Virus record (IMG/VR): IMGVR_UViG_3300028920_000079
Span: 1 to 58,269 of that record
DNA from: a virus
Taxonomy: Duplodnaviria > Caudoviricetes
Length of the DNA: 58,269 nt
Strand: one strand, 5' to 3'
Shown here piece by piece: positions 1 through 8,748 of this stretch (position 1 is the first letter of the stretch; each line of letters begins with the position of its first letter). The position numbers were made by a program, and so were the translations under genes. The notes under the pieces were generated by a model. The model was not told where the DNA came from, made no database searches, and worked only from the letters and a program-made list of their open reading frames with translations.

Positions 1-126
1 GTGTCTGAACTTCTTCTGTCATCTCGCTTTACCCTTTCCGCTCGGTTTTAAAAAAAATGAGTCCTCGGTATGGGAGGTAAACATATATACGTGCGACAGG
101 GTGCCTGCTGAACGGTACCGGTTGGT
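1..126. repeat. Terminal direct repeat, copy 1 (circular assembly overlap)
   Basis: Identical to 58127-58252. Confidence 0.95.
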
Positions 127-211
127 CCCGCACCCCCACCCCCACCCCCGCGCATACCGCTATTTTCATGAATTTGCCGTTTCTACGGATATATAATCCG
201 CGGCTAAGTGT

Positions 212-823
212 CTATACGTCAATGGCTTGACTGTTTTTATCCTGTTCAAGTAGCGGATTAGTAGCATTTGTGCCGGTCTGAATGCCGATATTGACAGTCA
301 TGCCACCGCCTTTGTGCTCGATCTCTTGCCGATCACCGTACTTCTCTCGGTCGTTCGCTTTCAAGAGCAATTCCATCAGCCTATCACTACTCTTGTGGAC
401 CAATATTGTGCCATGTTTAACCGGTATCTCTTCTGTCCAACCCTCAACCGCTCTGCGTTCGGCTTCGGATTCTCTAAGCTTTTGTCGTACAGTATTATAC
501 ATATCATCAATTGCACGTATCAACTCTCGGAATGTCGGATATATGCCACAATATGAGGATATTGTAGGCCATTGCACGCCAGACACTTCTGCAGCTATTC
601 GGTATGTTTTACCGTGCAGCCTGCTAATCAGATATTTGCATATTTGCGACCTAACGCGAGCCTTGGCCTTCGGTAAAACCGCTTTTAAGAATCTTTCCAT
701 CGGCACTTGCATATCCTCTTCAGGCAAAGCCTTTTGCAGTATTTTCTCTAACTGTACTTTGAAGTCCTTTTTGGCCAGTTTTTTAGTTCGCGGTTTTTGC
801 ACTTTTACGACATCGTTATTCAT
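212..823 (-). CDS. Terminase small subunit-like protein
   Basis: HTH-like N-terminal half, then EAERRAVEGW..SDRLMELLLKA..EKYG..QEIEH..G..VNI, typical of TerS. Confidence 0.65.
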   Translation of the reverse strand: MNNDVVKVQKPRTKKLAKKDFKVQLEKILQKALPEEDMQVPMERFLKAVLPKAKARVRSQICKYLISRLHGKTYRIAAEVSGVQWPTISSYCGIYPTFRELIRAIDDMYNTVRQKLRESEAERRAVEGWTEEIPVKHGTILVHKSSDRLMELLLKANDREKYGDRQEIEHKGGGMTVNIGIQTGTNATNPLLEQDKNSQAIDV

Positions 824-1144
824 AAGCGGTTTCCTTCCAATGGTTTGCAGTTTATCGGAATAGCAGAATTGCCCTTTTGAAATGTTGCCGTATCAACATG
901 CCGGAAGAGTACACTATACTTTATACCGAACGCAAGAAAAAACTGCAAGAATCTGCAATTCACAAGCGCCAAAATTTTGGCGATAATCTGAGAAGTGATC
1001 TCTTTTTGCGCTCATAATAGTTTAATAATCGTATGTTGCGAAAACCGACAAAAAGAAAACAGTAAAAAGATTCATAAACTTAATTCCCTGACTGCCAACA
1101 TCTTGCATATCTTGCCTGAAACATATCTCTACATATCTCTACGC

Positions 1145-1161
1145 TTGGCACAGTAGGTGCA
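1145..1161 (+). promoter_or_regulatory. Putative sigma54 (-24/-12) promoter of the early operon
   Basis: TTGGCACAGTAGGTGCA: GG(1147-48)-N10-GC(1159-60); perfect palindrome CGCCAAAATTTTGGCG upstream at 967-982. Confidence 0.5.
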
Positions 1162-1216
1162 TGTATTAGTTGGCAGTTGAACAGAGTTAATCATTAACAG
1201 CACGGGAGGACAGGCA

Positions 1217-1396
1217 ATGACAGATAAACAGGCATTGAAGCGGGCACGCAAAATGTACGGTTTGCGTGCACGGACGTATAGCAATAAATTTATATGCGAA
1301 GTGGGCACTATTGAGCGCGGGCCTATGCCCTTGTATATTATTACAGGGCGCGGAAAAACATGGGAAGAGGCATTTGCGGACGCTGAAAGCAAATAA
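1217..1396 (+). CDS. Small hypothetical protein (59 aa, not in ORF track)
   Basis: GGGAGG RBS then ATG; MTDKQALKRARK...GRGKTWEEAFADAESK*. Confidence 0.75.
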   Translation: MTDKQALKRARKMYGLRARTYSNKFICEVGTIERGPMPLYIITGRGKTWEEAFADAESK

Positions 1397-1414
1397 TACA
1401 CGGGAGGACACACA

Positions 1415-1801
1415 ATGAAGGCAACAATCAAAACCACGAAGGCAATCACCCGGCAAGCAGTTGAATCGATGAAATCCGAACATGCCGAATGGTACGACCA
1501 ACCGCACGGATTCCGTCGGCTCGATGGCGGCGTGGTATGTGGCTACACGGCCACGGCCACCGGTGGTGGATACTGGACCACCTCATCTGGTAATCAACTG
1601 GCGATTGAGTCAGATCCTGCCGGCGGAACGCTTATATCAATATCTGGTCGACGGCACGGCATTCCGTGGCGTTTCATCAACCGGCTTGTAGAGGTGGAAA
1701 ACCTGCAGGTGATTGACATGCAGTCGCAGGCAAGCGCTCCGCCGTGGTGCGACGGTTCAGGCAAGCCGCTTGTGCGGTTCGGGCGGCAGATCAGATTTTG
1801 A
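1415..1801 (+). CDS. Hypothetical protein
   Basis: GGGAGG RBS, operon context. Confidence 0.7.
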   Translation: MKATIKTTKAITRQAVESMKSEHAEWYDQPHGFRRLDGGVVCGYTATATGGGYWTTSSGNQLAIESDPAGGTLISISGRRHGIPWRFINRLVEVENLQVIDMQSQASAPPWCDGSGKPLVRFGRQIRF

Positions 1802-1892
1802 AAACCACAAGCCCGATGCCCAGCGGGTAAACTGGGCTTGATTTTCGGGAACAGAACAGAGTCACAATCATTAACAGCACAGGAGGCAGGCA

Positions 1893-2228
1893 ATGCAGGC
1901 AATGAAATTCACAGACACAGAGAAAGCAGAAGAACTCGCCCAATGGCTCGAAGACAAAAGCGCAGACATATGCGCGGATAATGAATGCACGGACGAAGAA
2001 CATAATTGCGATTCCGTCGCATATGGCACAGTGTACCTGTCGAAAGATGAGTCTGAAATTATAGACTGCGAAATACATGATATATGCGCTTCTGATTATT
2101 GGCGTGGATACTATGAGTGTGAGCGTACCGACGAAACGCAACACAGATATGAGTTTGTTATCTATTTGCCATTTGCAGGAAATTCTATCGACTTAGCGGC
2201 AGAGATTGAAACTGGGATTAACTGGTAA
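1893..2228 (+). CDS. Acidic hypothetical protein (possible DNA mimic)
   Basis: AGGAGG RBS; very D/E-rich. Confidence 0.65.
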   Translation: MQAMKFTDTEKAEELAQWLEDKSADICADNECTDEEHNCDSVAYGTVYLSKDESEIIDCEIHDICASDYWRGYYECERTDETQHRYEFVIYLPFAGNSIDLAAEIETGINW

Positions 2229-2250
2229 CACTAAGCACGGGAGGCAGGCA

Positions 2251-2613
2251 ATGAAGACATTAACACAAGCCATAGACTTGGCAAAAAAGGCTGACATGTG
2301 GACATGGTGGCGTGGCGACGGAACATATTCGACAGGGCAGCTCACAATATATCTTGACGATCACGATCGAGACACGCGCACAGTGTACGAAATCAAGTTC
2401 CGAAAGGGACGCAAGCCGGATATTAAAACAACGCATTTATCCGGATATGAAACTAGCCGAAACATATGGACAATATACAACCGACCGACGGAAAATATAA
2501 CGCTTGCCAACAAGCGCGGTGAAAAGGCGTTACGGGCATACGTTAAGGGCATTATTGCCGAAAATCACTTTTACCAGAACCCGGAAACGTACACATATTA
2601 CGCGAACAATTAA
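2251..2613 (+). CDS. Hypothetical protein
   Basis: Start moved to ATG after GGGAGG. Confidence 0.7.
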   Translation: MKTLTQAIDLAKKADMWTWWRGDGTYSTGQLTIYLDDHDRDTRTVYEIKFRKGRKPDIKTTHLSGYETSRNIWTIYNRPTENITLANKRGEKALRAYVKGIIAENHFYQNPETYTYYANN

Positions 2614-2632
2614 CAACACGGGAGAGCAGACA

Positions 2633-2920
2633 ATGCAAAACGACATACCAACAGTGACACTCGCGCAACTGGTACGGACAAAGCCACTGAATCAATGGCA
2701 GCGCAATTATATAGGCAATAAAATCAACCGAGAATTATACAACAGCAGAGGCAAAAGCACGCCGTATCAATATGCGGTCGGCTTGCCGATGATTGACACG
2801 ATAACAGGCACAAAAGGCATTATTCTGGAACGATACCGGGACAACGGGCATAATAAATACCGCATAGATGAAAAGGCAAGCGGTGGAATTCGGGAAAAAG
2901 ACATAATGCGGGTTGCATAA
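2633..2920 (+). CDS. Hypothetical protein
   Basis: Start moved to ATG after GGGAG. Confidence 0.65.
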   Translation: MQNDIPTVTLAQLVRTKPLNQWQRNYIGNKINRELYNSRGKSTPYQYAVGLPMIDTITGTKGIILERYRDNGHNKYRIDEKASGGIREKDIMRVA

Positions 2921-2940
2921 CACGGAAAGGAAAGCAGACA

Positions 2941-3366
2941 ATGAAAAAGGCACGCAGAAAGTTAAGCCCGGCACAAGAAAAGAAACGAGCAGAGAAAAAG
3001 GAAAAGATCAGAGCACTAGCGCAACAGCTCAAAGCAATGCCAGACCACGACCGGGAACGGCTCGCAAGTCAAGTGCAGATCAGGAAAGCTACGGACGGTA
3101 GCTTTTACAGCGTAAAGAATCAATGCCTGATTGCATTCCAGAAAAGAGACGCGACACTTTGCGCCAGTTTTGACGACTGGAAAAAAGAAGGGCGCACGGT
3201 TAGAAAAGGCGAGCGCGGACTTATCGTATTCGTGCCGACGTTCATAAAGGAAAAGGCAAAAGAAACGGACGAGGAACGGGAAAGCCTGCGAGGATTTATT
3301 ACCGGTTATGTGTTCGATATTACGCAGACAGAAGCCATTGAAAAGGAAAACGAAAAGGCAGCATAA
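2941..3366 (+). CDS. ArdC-like N-terminal ssDNA-binding domain protein (anti-restriction)
   Basis: YS.KNQ.LI..Q..AT..ASF..WK..GR.VRKGE.G..VFVP..F..GYVFDI.QT. Confidence 0.8.
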   Translation: MKKARRKLSPAQEKKRAEKKEKIRALAQQLKAMPDHDRERLASQVQIRKATDGSFYSVKNQCLIAFQKRDATLCASFDDWKKEGRTVRKGERGLIVFVPTFIKEKAKETDEERESLRGFITGYVFDITQTEAIEKENEKAA

Positions 3367-3427
3367 CAAAACAGGCACGGCTTGCCCGGCACTACGTCGG
3401 GCAGGCTTGCCGGAAAGCGGGGAATAT

Positions 3428-3883
3428 ATGTATCAAACAGCACTCGTCAACTTGCCGCTATTAGTACGGGAAAGCGGACCGACGAAACGAATAAGCACGC
3501 CGGAAAGCGTCAAAGAAGTATGCGCAGATATGGCAGACCTTGCGCAAGAATCAGTACATATACTATGCCTGAACACAAAAAACGGGTTAATACAGAGCGG
3601 GCGCGTTATGATTACTTTGGGAGTAGTTGACGCATCATTGTTACACCCAAGAGAAGTCTTCAGGCCTGCAATCGTGAACAGCGCAGCGGCAATTATACTT
3701 GTTCACAATCATCCGAGCGGAGACATGACGGCAAGCGCGGAAGATATCAACATCACAAGGCAACTAGTAGAAGCCGGGAAAATCGTAGATATTAAGATTC
3801 TAGATCATTGCATTCTCGGGCGCAATGAAGACGGAGAAGTAGATTGTTTAAGTATGCGCGAAAACGGAATAGTTGCGTTTTAA
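3428..3883 (+). CDS. radC: RadC-like JAB domain protein
   Basis: E..LNTKN..HPREVF..AI..HNHPSGD..S.ED..T..L..G..LDH. Confidence 0.92.
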   Translation: MYQTALVNLPLLVRESGPTKRISTPESVKEVCADMADLAQESVHILCLNTKNGLIQSGRVMITLGVVDASLLHPREVFRPAIVNSAAAIILVHNHPSGDMTASAEDINITRQLVEAGKIVDIKILDHCILGRNEDGEVDCLSMRENGIVAF

Positions 3884-3910
3884 CAAACAACAAAAAAGCG
3901 AGGGCAAGAC

Positions 3911-4114
3911 ATGACAATATATGAACAGGCAAAAGCGGCAGGACTAGAAATGGATCATCACGAAACGGACTTGTATTTGAAAGACTGCGAACAAGCGCGG
4001 AAACTGATTGCAGACTTTGAATTCAAGCAAAATGTTACGCGGTTCAAATCGCAAATAGACGGTTCTTTATGGTATGACATCCCGTTCTCATATGATCCGG
4101 CGTGGAAGAGATAA
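3911..4114 (+). CDS. Conserved hypothetical protein
   Basis: DHHETDLY...F.SQIDG..WYDIPF.YDP.W. Confidence 0.75.
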   Translation: MTIYEQAKAAGLEMDHHETDLYLKDCEQARKLIADFEFKQNVTRFKSQIDGSLWYDIPFSYDPAWKR

Positions 4115-4147
4115 CCGACAAATAACACAAGAAAGCGAGGCAAAACA

Positions 4148-4594
4148 ATGACACTAGCAGAACAGATCGACAATATGACAATGTGTTTCTATGTACCCGG
4201 TGACACAAGAATTGTAGACATGGCAAGAAACACTGGCCGCAGTTTATACCAACATGAAACGCTTGAAGAAATTCGAACACGTTATCCCGGCGCAGAGTTA
4301 ATGCCTTTTGAAGACGCTTGCGAACAGATCGACAAAGCAAGACATGCAAGCTATAAAGTTGGACAAGCGCAAGAAATAACCGAAGAGCGGTTTATTGAAA
4401 TGCTGGAAGTCTTGCCACCGAAACAATGGAAGCGCGCCGGTCACACAGAATCTTTCAAAATGGCAGAATTACTAGACGGTGACATAACGGGCTGCTATGC
4501 ACGAATAGGAAACCGATATTTTCAGGTCAACGGTTCAATTTCCGCAACACATGACTGGATCATCGCAGCATGTCAAAGCTGTGTGGATAACTAA
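4148..4594 (+). CDS. DUF1419-like protein
   Basis: EITEERF.EMLEVLPP..W....F.M.E...G.IT..Y..IG.RYF. Confidence 0.65.
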   Translation: MTLAEQIDNMTMCFYVPGDTRIVDMARNTGRSLYQHETLEEIRTRYPGAELMPFEDACEQIDKARHASYKVGQAQEITEERFIEMLEVLPPKQWKRAGHTESFKMAELLDGDITGCYARIGNRYFQVNGSISATHDWIIAACQSCVDN

Positions 4595-4651
4595 CCAGAA
4601 CAGGACAAGAGCCGGGCAGGTTGAACGCTTGCCCGGCAGAAGGGAAAGACA

Positions 4652-4900
4652 ATGCAATACGCAAGAGCGTACACCACAACAGCAAAACCGGCAGGCATAA
4701 GATTTGTCGGAAACTTTGACGACTGCTCGGAAGAGTGCGTGCATATCGACGAAGTGCGAAAATACGACAGCTACGAGGACGCGCACTCGGAAAAAGAACC
4801 GGGTGAATTCATTGTCAGGATCTGGCAGGAATACGACGAGAATCTGTCCGCAGACCTGAATGATAAGGTCTTTTGCTGGGAAGAGGAACAGAATGTATGA
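4652..4900 (+). CDS. Acidic hypothetical protein
   Basis: RBS, operon context. Confidence 0.6.
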   Translation: MQYARAYTTTAKPAGIRFVGNFDDCSEECVHIDEVRKYDSYEDAHSEKEPGEFIVRIWQEYDENLSADLNDKVFCWEEEQNV

Positions 4901-5021
4901 ACTCATCGAAATCCTAGAAGAGTTCCTGCAGGATCTGCTCTGGGTAGAAGTTGTAATTATACTTGCCGGCATACTGGCGATTTCCATGCTGATAGGTTGT
5001 GCTATTGCGTGGATAATGTAA
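4893..5021 (+). CDS. Small membrane peptide (42 aa)
   Basis: MYELIEILEEFLQDLLWVEVVIILAGILAISMLIGCAIAWIM*. Confidence 0.55.
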   Translation: MYELIEILEEFLQDLLWVEVVIILAGILAISMLIGCAIAWIM

Positions 5022-5035
5022 AAGGAACGGAAGAA

Positions 5036-5353
5036 ATGACAAGAGAAGAATATGCGAAGCTGACGGATGAGGAAAAGCGAGTAAAGGTTGCTGAACATTG
5101 CGGTATCAAGAATATCGGGCGATATTCTAAATACAGTAGCTTAATGGGGGAGTTAGATGGTAGAACAGTTATGATTCTTGATTATCTCAACGATCTGAAC
5201 GCTTGTCATGAGTTTGAAGAATTCAAGACTATCGAACAGCATGATAAGTACGACACGCTACTTGACAGCATAACCCGTAAAGCAGGCATCCCTAGTTGGA
5301 ACGCAACAGCAGCCCAAAGAGCAGAAGCATTTGTACTAACACTGGAAAACTAA
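5036..5353 (+). CDS. Phage ABA-sandwich-like domain protein
   Basis: VAE..G...DY.NDLNA.HE.E...ATAAQRAEAF. Confidence 0.6.
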   Translation: MTREEYAKLTDEEKRVKVAEHCGIKNIGRYSKYSSLMGELDGRTVMILDYLNDLNACHEFEEFKTIEQHDKYDTLLDSITRKAGIPSWNATAAQRAEAFVLTLEN

Positions 5354-5382
5354 CTAACATAAAACGAGAAAGAGTAAAGAGA

Positions 5383-5559
5383 ATGACAAGATTAAGATCA
5401 GACAGGCTGAACCATCTAGCATATGGTAAAGAATTTCCGACAGAGGCACAAAAAGAAGCAAGGTTGAAACACTTGCAAGATTTGAATAGAGTAAATACAA
5501 GAGAACAATGGGCTAAGTTATCTCCCGAAGAACAGAGAATCAAGGTTGCTGAGTTATAA
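5383..5559 (+). CDS. Small hypothetical protein; C-terminus duplicates the N-terminus of the upstream gene
   Basis: TREQWAKLSPEEQRIKVAE vs TREEYAKLTDEEKRVKVAE. Confidence 0.45.
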   Translation: MTRLRSDRLNHLAYGKEFPTEAQKEARLKHLQDLNRVNTREQWAKLSPEEQRIKVAEL

Positions 5560-5571
5560 GGAACGGAAGAA

Positions 5572-6162
5572 ATGAAGATCAACCCGAATTACAAACTTGA
5601 GAAGATAGCATCAACAGATCCGAACCGCCATATATTAAACCACCTGCACATAAACAAGGCTCATCCTGTCTTGAAATGCCCAGCACTGGAAGCAACAGAC
5701 GGGCGCAGATACGTAGCGGTTCCGATTAAGCTAGAGAAAGGTGACAACTCAGAGTTTATACATCCGTCCTTGTTGCAAGCTGCGAGAATTGCACACAGAG
5801 CGATGAAGAAAAAACTCGGCAAAAGGAACTTCAACAAATACGAGATGAGTATAAAACTACGAAAGAGATGGACGCAGACCGAGGACCGGATCATTCGGCC
5901 ACAGGCAGACTTGCCTATTGATCCATATCCAAAAGTGTCGGAAGTTATGCCGCGATTAAGTGAAAACCTGAACAAGACACCGATTGAAAGGTCAGCAATT
6001 AACGCGCAGTTTCTTGCCGAGATGCAAGAGGCTATGAATGACGGAAGAAGACATACTGCTGGCGTCAAATTGACTTTCTACGGTGAACTTCAACCGATAG
6101 AAGTTGAACCGACTAATGTAGCGGATATGTGTTACGGCGTATTGATGCAGATGCGGATATAA
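5572..6162 (+). CDS. DNA polymerase III beta-clamp-like domain protein
   Basis: R.ILN.LHI..LEATDGRR..YP.V..VMP..INA.FL..GVLMQMRI. Confidence 0.6.
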   Translation: MKINPNYKLEKIASTDPNRHILNHLHINKAHPVLKCPALEATDGRRYVAVPIKLEKGDNSEFIHPSLLQAARIAHRAMKKKLGKRNFNKYEMSIKLRKRWTQTEDRIIRPQADLPIDPYPKVSEVMPRLSENLNKTPIERSAINAQFLAEMQEAMNDGRRHTAGVKLTFYGELQPIEVEPTNVADMCYGVLMQMRI

Positions 6163-6181
6163 ACGGAAGGAACGAAAGACA

Positions 6182-6382
6182 ATGAGCTGGAAGAAAATAC
6201 CAGTTATCAGATGCCAAGTTATTACACATTCTTGGAATTATGGTGCTGAACTACCACATCAATGCTTGAATCGAGCTGTCTGGGAAGACAAAGACGGGCA
6301 CAAGGTGTGCTGGCAGCATAAATATTCAATCGACAATAAGAAACGGACTTTCAAATTCATAGAAAGGGAAGAAGCACAATGA
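6182..6382 (+). CDS. Hypothetical protein (Cys/His)
   Basis: RBS; ATGA overlap with next gene. Confidence 0.6.
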   Translation: MSWKKIPVIRCQVITHSWNYGAELPHQCLNRAVWEDKDGHKVCWQHKYSIDNKKRTFKFIEREEAQ

Positions 6383-6564
6383 AAACGCAAAGAATCATCT
6401 TAAGCATAGACCTGCAGACAACTGAACGCCTGCAGGCACTGGATCTGTTTGTCGAAGAGGACTGCTCAAGCAGGAATGCGGTTATCCGGAAGCTGATCGA
6501 CAAAGAATGGGCACGGAAGCAGGAAGAGGCACGGATTAAGAGACAGGGAAAGGGTTCGGCATGA
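6379..6564 (+). CDS. Ribbon-helix-helix DNA-binding protein
   Basis: RIILSID...L..L....SRNAVIRKLI. Confidence 0.7.
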   Translation: MKTQRIILSIDLQTTERLQALDLFVEEDCSSRNAVIRKLIDKEWARKQEEARIKRQGKGSA

Positions 6565-6684
6565 TCTTTCTAAAGCTATACTTTTTCCTGCAATGTCTAC
6601 CGTTCTTCTTTGCAATTTGCGTCGGATTACTTATTCTGGCTGTATCTATCAGCCGCGCACTGGAAAAGAAGAAGGGTGAATGAC

Positions 6685-6867
6685 ATGAAACGTGCTGAAA
6701 TGGAATTCGATACATTCAGGAAGTTCTGCAAACTACGATTATATAACGAAAGGGATGATTATTGTACGCATCATGAACAATGGAATTATGCAAATAAAGT
6801 CCCGTGTGACGTCGAAAAATGCCCGGTTTGGGAATACTTGAAGAAAGTAGAAAGGCGGTCGGCATGA
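6685..6867 (+). CDS. Small Cys-rich hypothetical protein
   Basis: C..C..CDVEKCPVW. Confidence 0.55.
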   Translation: MKRAEMEFDTFRKFCKLRLYNERDDYCTHHEQWNYANKVPCDVEKCPVWEYLKKVERRSA

Positions 6868-7235
6868 AATTAGAACTTCTGATAGCACTCACACTCTGGC
6901 TTGAAGCAGGCGGCGAACCACCGATAGGAAAGCTGGCAGTTGCGAGCGTGATATACAATCGAGCTGCCGGTGACACAAACAGGATTGAGCAGGTAATACT
7001 TGCGCCGAAACAGTTCTCGGTATGGAACAACCGTAACCCTGAGAAAATGCCGAAACCACCGAGAGGGAAAAGCTGGCGGCAATGCCAACAAATAGCAAAG
7101 AGCATGTTAAATTCAACATTTCAGCCGATGAATGACTGGAATCACTACTATGCTCCGGCTCTGTGCAACCCACAGTGGGGCCAGAAGCTGCAAAACAGGC
7201 GAATCATAGGCCGACATACGTTCGGGACGCTTTAA
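6864..7235 (+). CDS. SleB/CwlJ-family cell-wall hydrolase
   Basis: ALTLWLEAGGE..GKLAVASVIYNR..KQFSVWN..HYYA..P.W..IGRHTF. Confidence 0.88.
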   Translation: MKLELLIALTLWLEAGGEPPIGKLAVASVIYNRAAGDTNRIEQVILAPKQFSVWNNRNPEKMPKPPRGKSWRQCQQIAKSMLNSTFQPMNDWNHYYAPALCNPQWGQKLQNRRIIGRHTFGTL

Positions 7236-7266
7236 CGCCATATACGGGCAATGAGAGGGAAAGATA

Positions 7267-7503
7267 ATGATTAAATGTCCATACTGTTCAAGTGAATTAC
7301 AAGTGACCTTGGATTTACGCAAGACAAAGGACGGTGAAGTTCATATTACGCCAATCAAAGAAGAACAACGGTATCAGGCGTGTTACAAATGCAAAACGCA
7401 TACATTACAGATCAAGGACTATATCGGACAGGGAAAACATGTCGGTTTTCGTTGGAAATGTACGGTTTGCGGACACAGATGCCAAAAAGTTTGGACTAAT
7501 TGA
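7267..7503 (+). CDS. Zinc-ribbon protein
   Basis: CPYC, CYKC, CTVCG. Confidence 0.65.
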   Translation: MIKCPYCSSELQVTLDLRKTKDGEVHITPIKEEQRYQACYKCKTHTLQIKDYIGQGKHVGFRWKCTVCGHRCQKVWTN

Positions 7504-7652
7504 AAAAACTTGTTGACATGACTAATACTTTCTGCCATGTTTGATACAGCAACAGAATATTCGATGTCTCTGCAAAAAAACATTGACCCTATAGGGATTG
7601 AATTCCGCCTTTTGTCGGATATTCTGTTGCCATCCCTGTAGGGTCTTTTTTT
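7500..7652 (+). promoter_or_regulatory. sigma70 promoter plus attenuator-like leader
   Basis: TTGACA at 7513; helix 7549-64/7615-30; terminator stem 7585-98/7632-45 followed by T7. Confidence 0.7.
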
Positions 7653-7664
7653 ATGAGGTGTATC

Positions 7665-8486
7665 ATGGCTGATTGGCGTGATGTTGTGGGATATGAGGGC
7701 TTATATAAAGTGTCTGATGATGGGAGGGTGTGGTCGCATAAAAGAAACAAGGTAATGCGAGGAAGTTGTCGCCGTGGTTATAGGCGTATATGTTTAACAA
7801 ACAAACGACGAAAAAAAAGTTATTTCATCCATAAACTTCTACTTATAGCATTCGTTGGGCCAAACCCAGAAGGAATGCAAACTTGTCATAATAATGGGAT
7901 ACGCGATGATAATCGGCTGGACAATTTACGTTGGGATACGCCGAAAAACAATGAGAAAGATAAACTTAGGCATGGAACACATCAGCGAGGCGAAAAGTCC
8001 GCAAACGCTAAATTGACCGAGAATGATGTTCGCCAAATTACGAATTTACATCAAGCAGGAATGAGTCATGCCGCCATTGCTAGAAAAGTAGGCGATATAC
8101 TACCAGAAACTATTGGCTTAATTATTAGAGGCAAAAATTGGTCATGGTTGACAAAAATTAAATATAAAAAAGGAAAACGGTATCGAAATAATCAGGGTTC
8201 GCACAATGGTCAATCTAAATTAACAGAAAAGGATGTATTGAAAATTTTGGAACTCTATTGTCAAGGCAAAACCCGTCAACAAATTGCAAATATCATAGGA
8301 AAAGTTAGACCAAATGCCATTGCGCACATTTTAACAGGCTCCCGCTGGCAGTCATTTACACATATTCCATACGAGAAAGGGCGAAATGCAAAACGAGAAA
8401 ACATACAATTGGCTTTCCGGAATTGTACGCAACAGACCCGAAACAGCACTATTGATTCATTGCTTATTGATTCAAGCGTTGCGTAA
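7665..8486 (+). CDS. NUMOD4-HNH homing endonuclease with tandem C-terminal HTH repeats
   Basis: W.DV.GYEGLY.VS..GRV; H.L..AF.GP..H.NG.R.DN.L.NL.W.T; two KLTE.DV repeats. Confidence 0.9.
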   Translation: MADWRDVVGYEGLYKVSDDGRVWSHKRNKVMRGSCRRGYRRICLTNKRRKKSYFIHKLLLIAFVGPNPEGMQTCHNNGIRDDNRLDNLRWDTPKNNEKDKLRHGTHQRGEKSANAKLTENDVRQITNLHQAGMSHAAIARKVGDILPETIGLIIRGKNWSWLTKIKYKKGKRYRNNQGSHNGQSKLTEKDVLKILELYCQGKTRQQIANIIGKVRPNAIAHILTGSRWQSFTHIPYEKGRNAKRENIQLAFRNCTQQTRNSTIDSLLIDSSVA

Positions 8487-8748
8487 AGGACATGTAACTG
8501 CTGAAGATGGACATCATATTGAGTGTACAAGTCCCAACTGCAGAGGAGCCGCCATGAAAATACTAGCGCGATGCGGCCTAACAAAAGACGGCGTAGTCCC
8601 GGCCAAAAAAGAGTCCAGTCATGGCAGGTGGATGTTCCTATGGAAATTAACCGACGCGCAGAAGGCGCAGGACGTGCTACAGCGGCTTAGAAAGGTCTTA
8701 CCCATGCCTGAACCTAGGTCAGAGACTCAGACGACGTTTAACCTGTGA
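8386..8748 (+). CDS. Hypothetical protein (possible winged helix)
   Basis: AGAAAGG RBS; S.HGR..W motif. Confidence 0.6.
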   Translation: MQNEKTYNWLSGIVRNRPETALLIHCLLIQALRKGHVTAEDGHHIECTSPNCRGAAMKILARCGLTKDGVVPAKKESSHGRWMFLWKLTDAQKAQDVLQRLRKVLPMPEPRSETQTTFNL

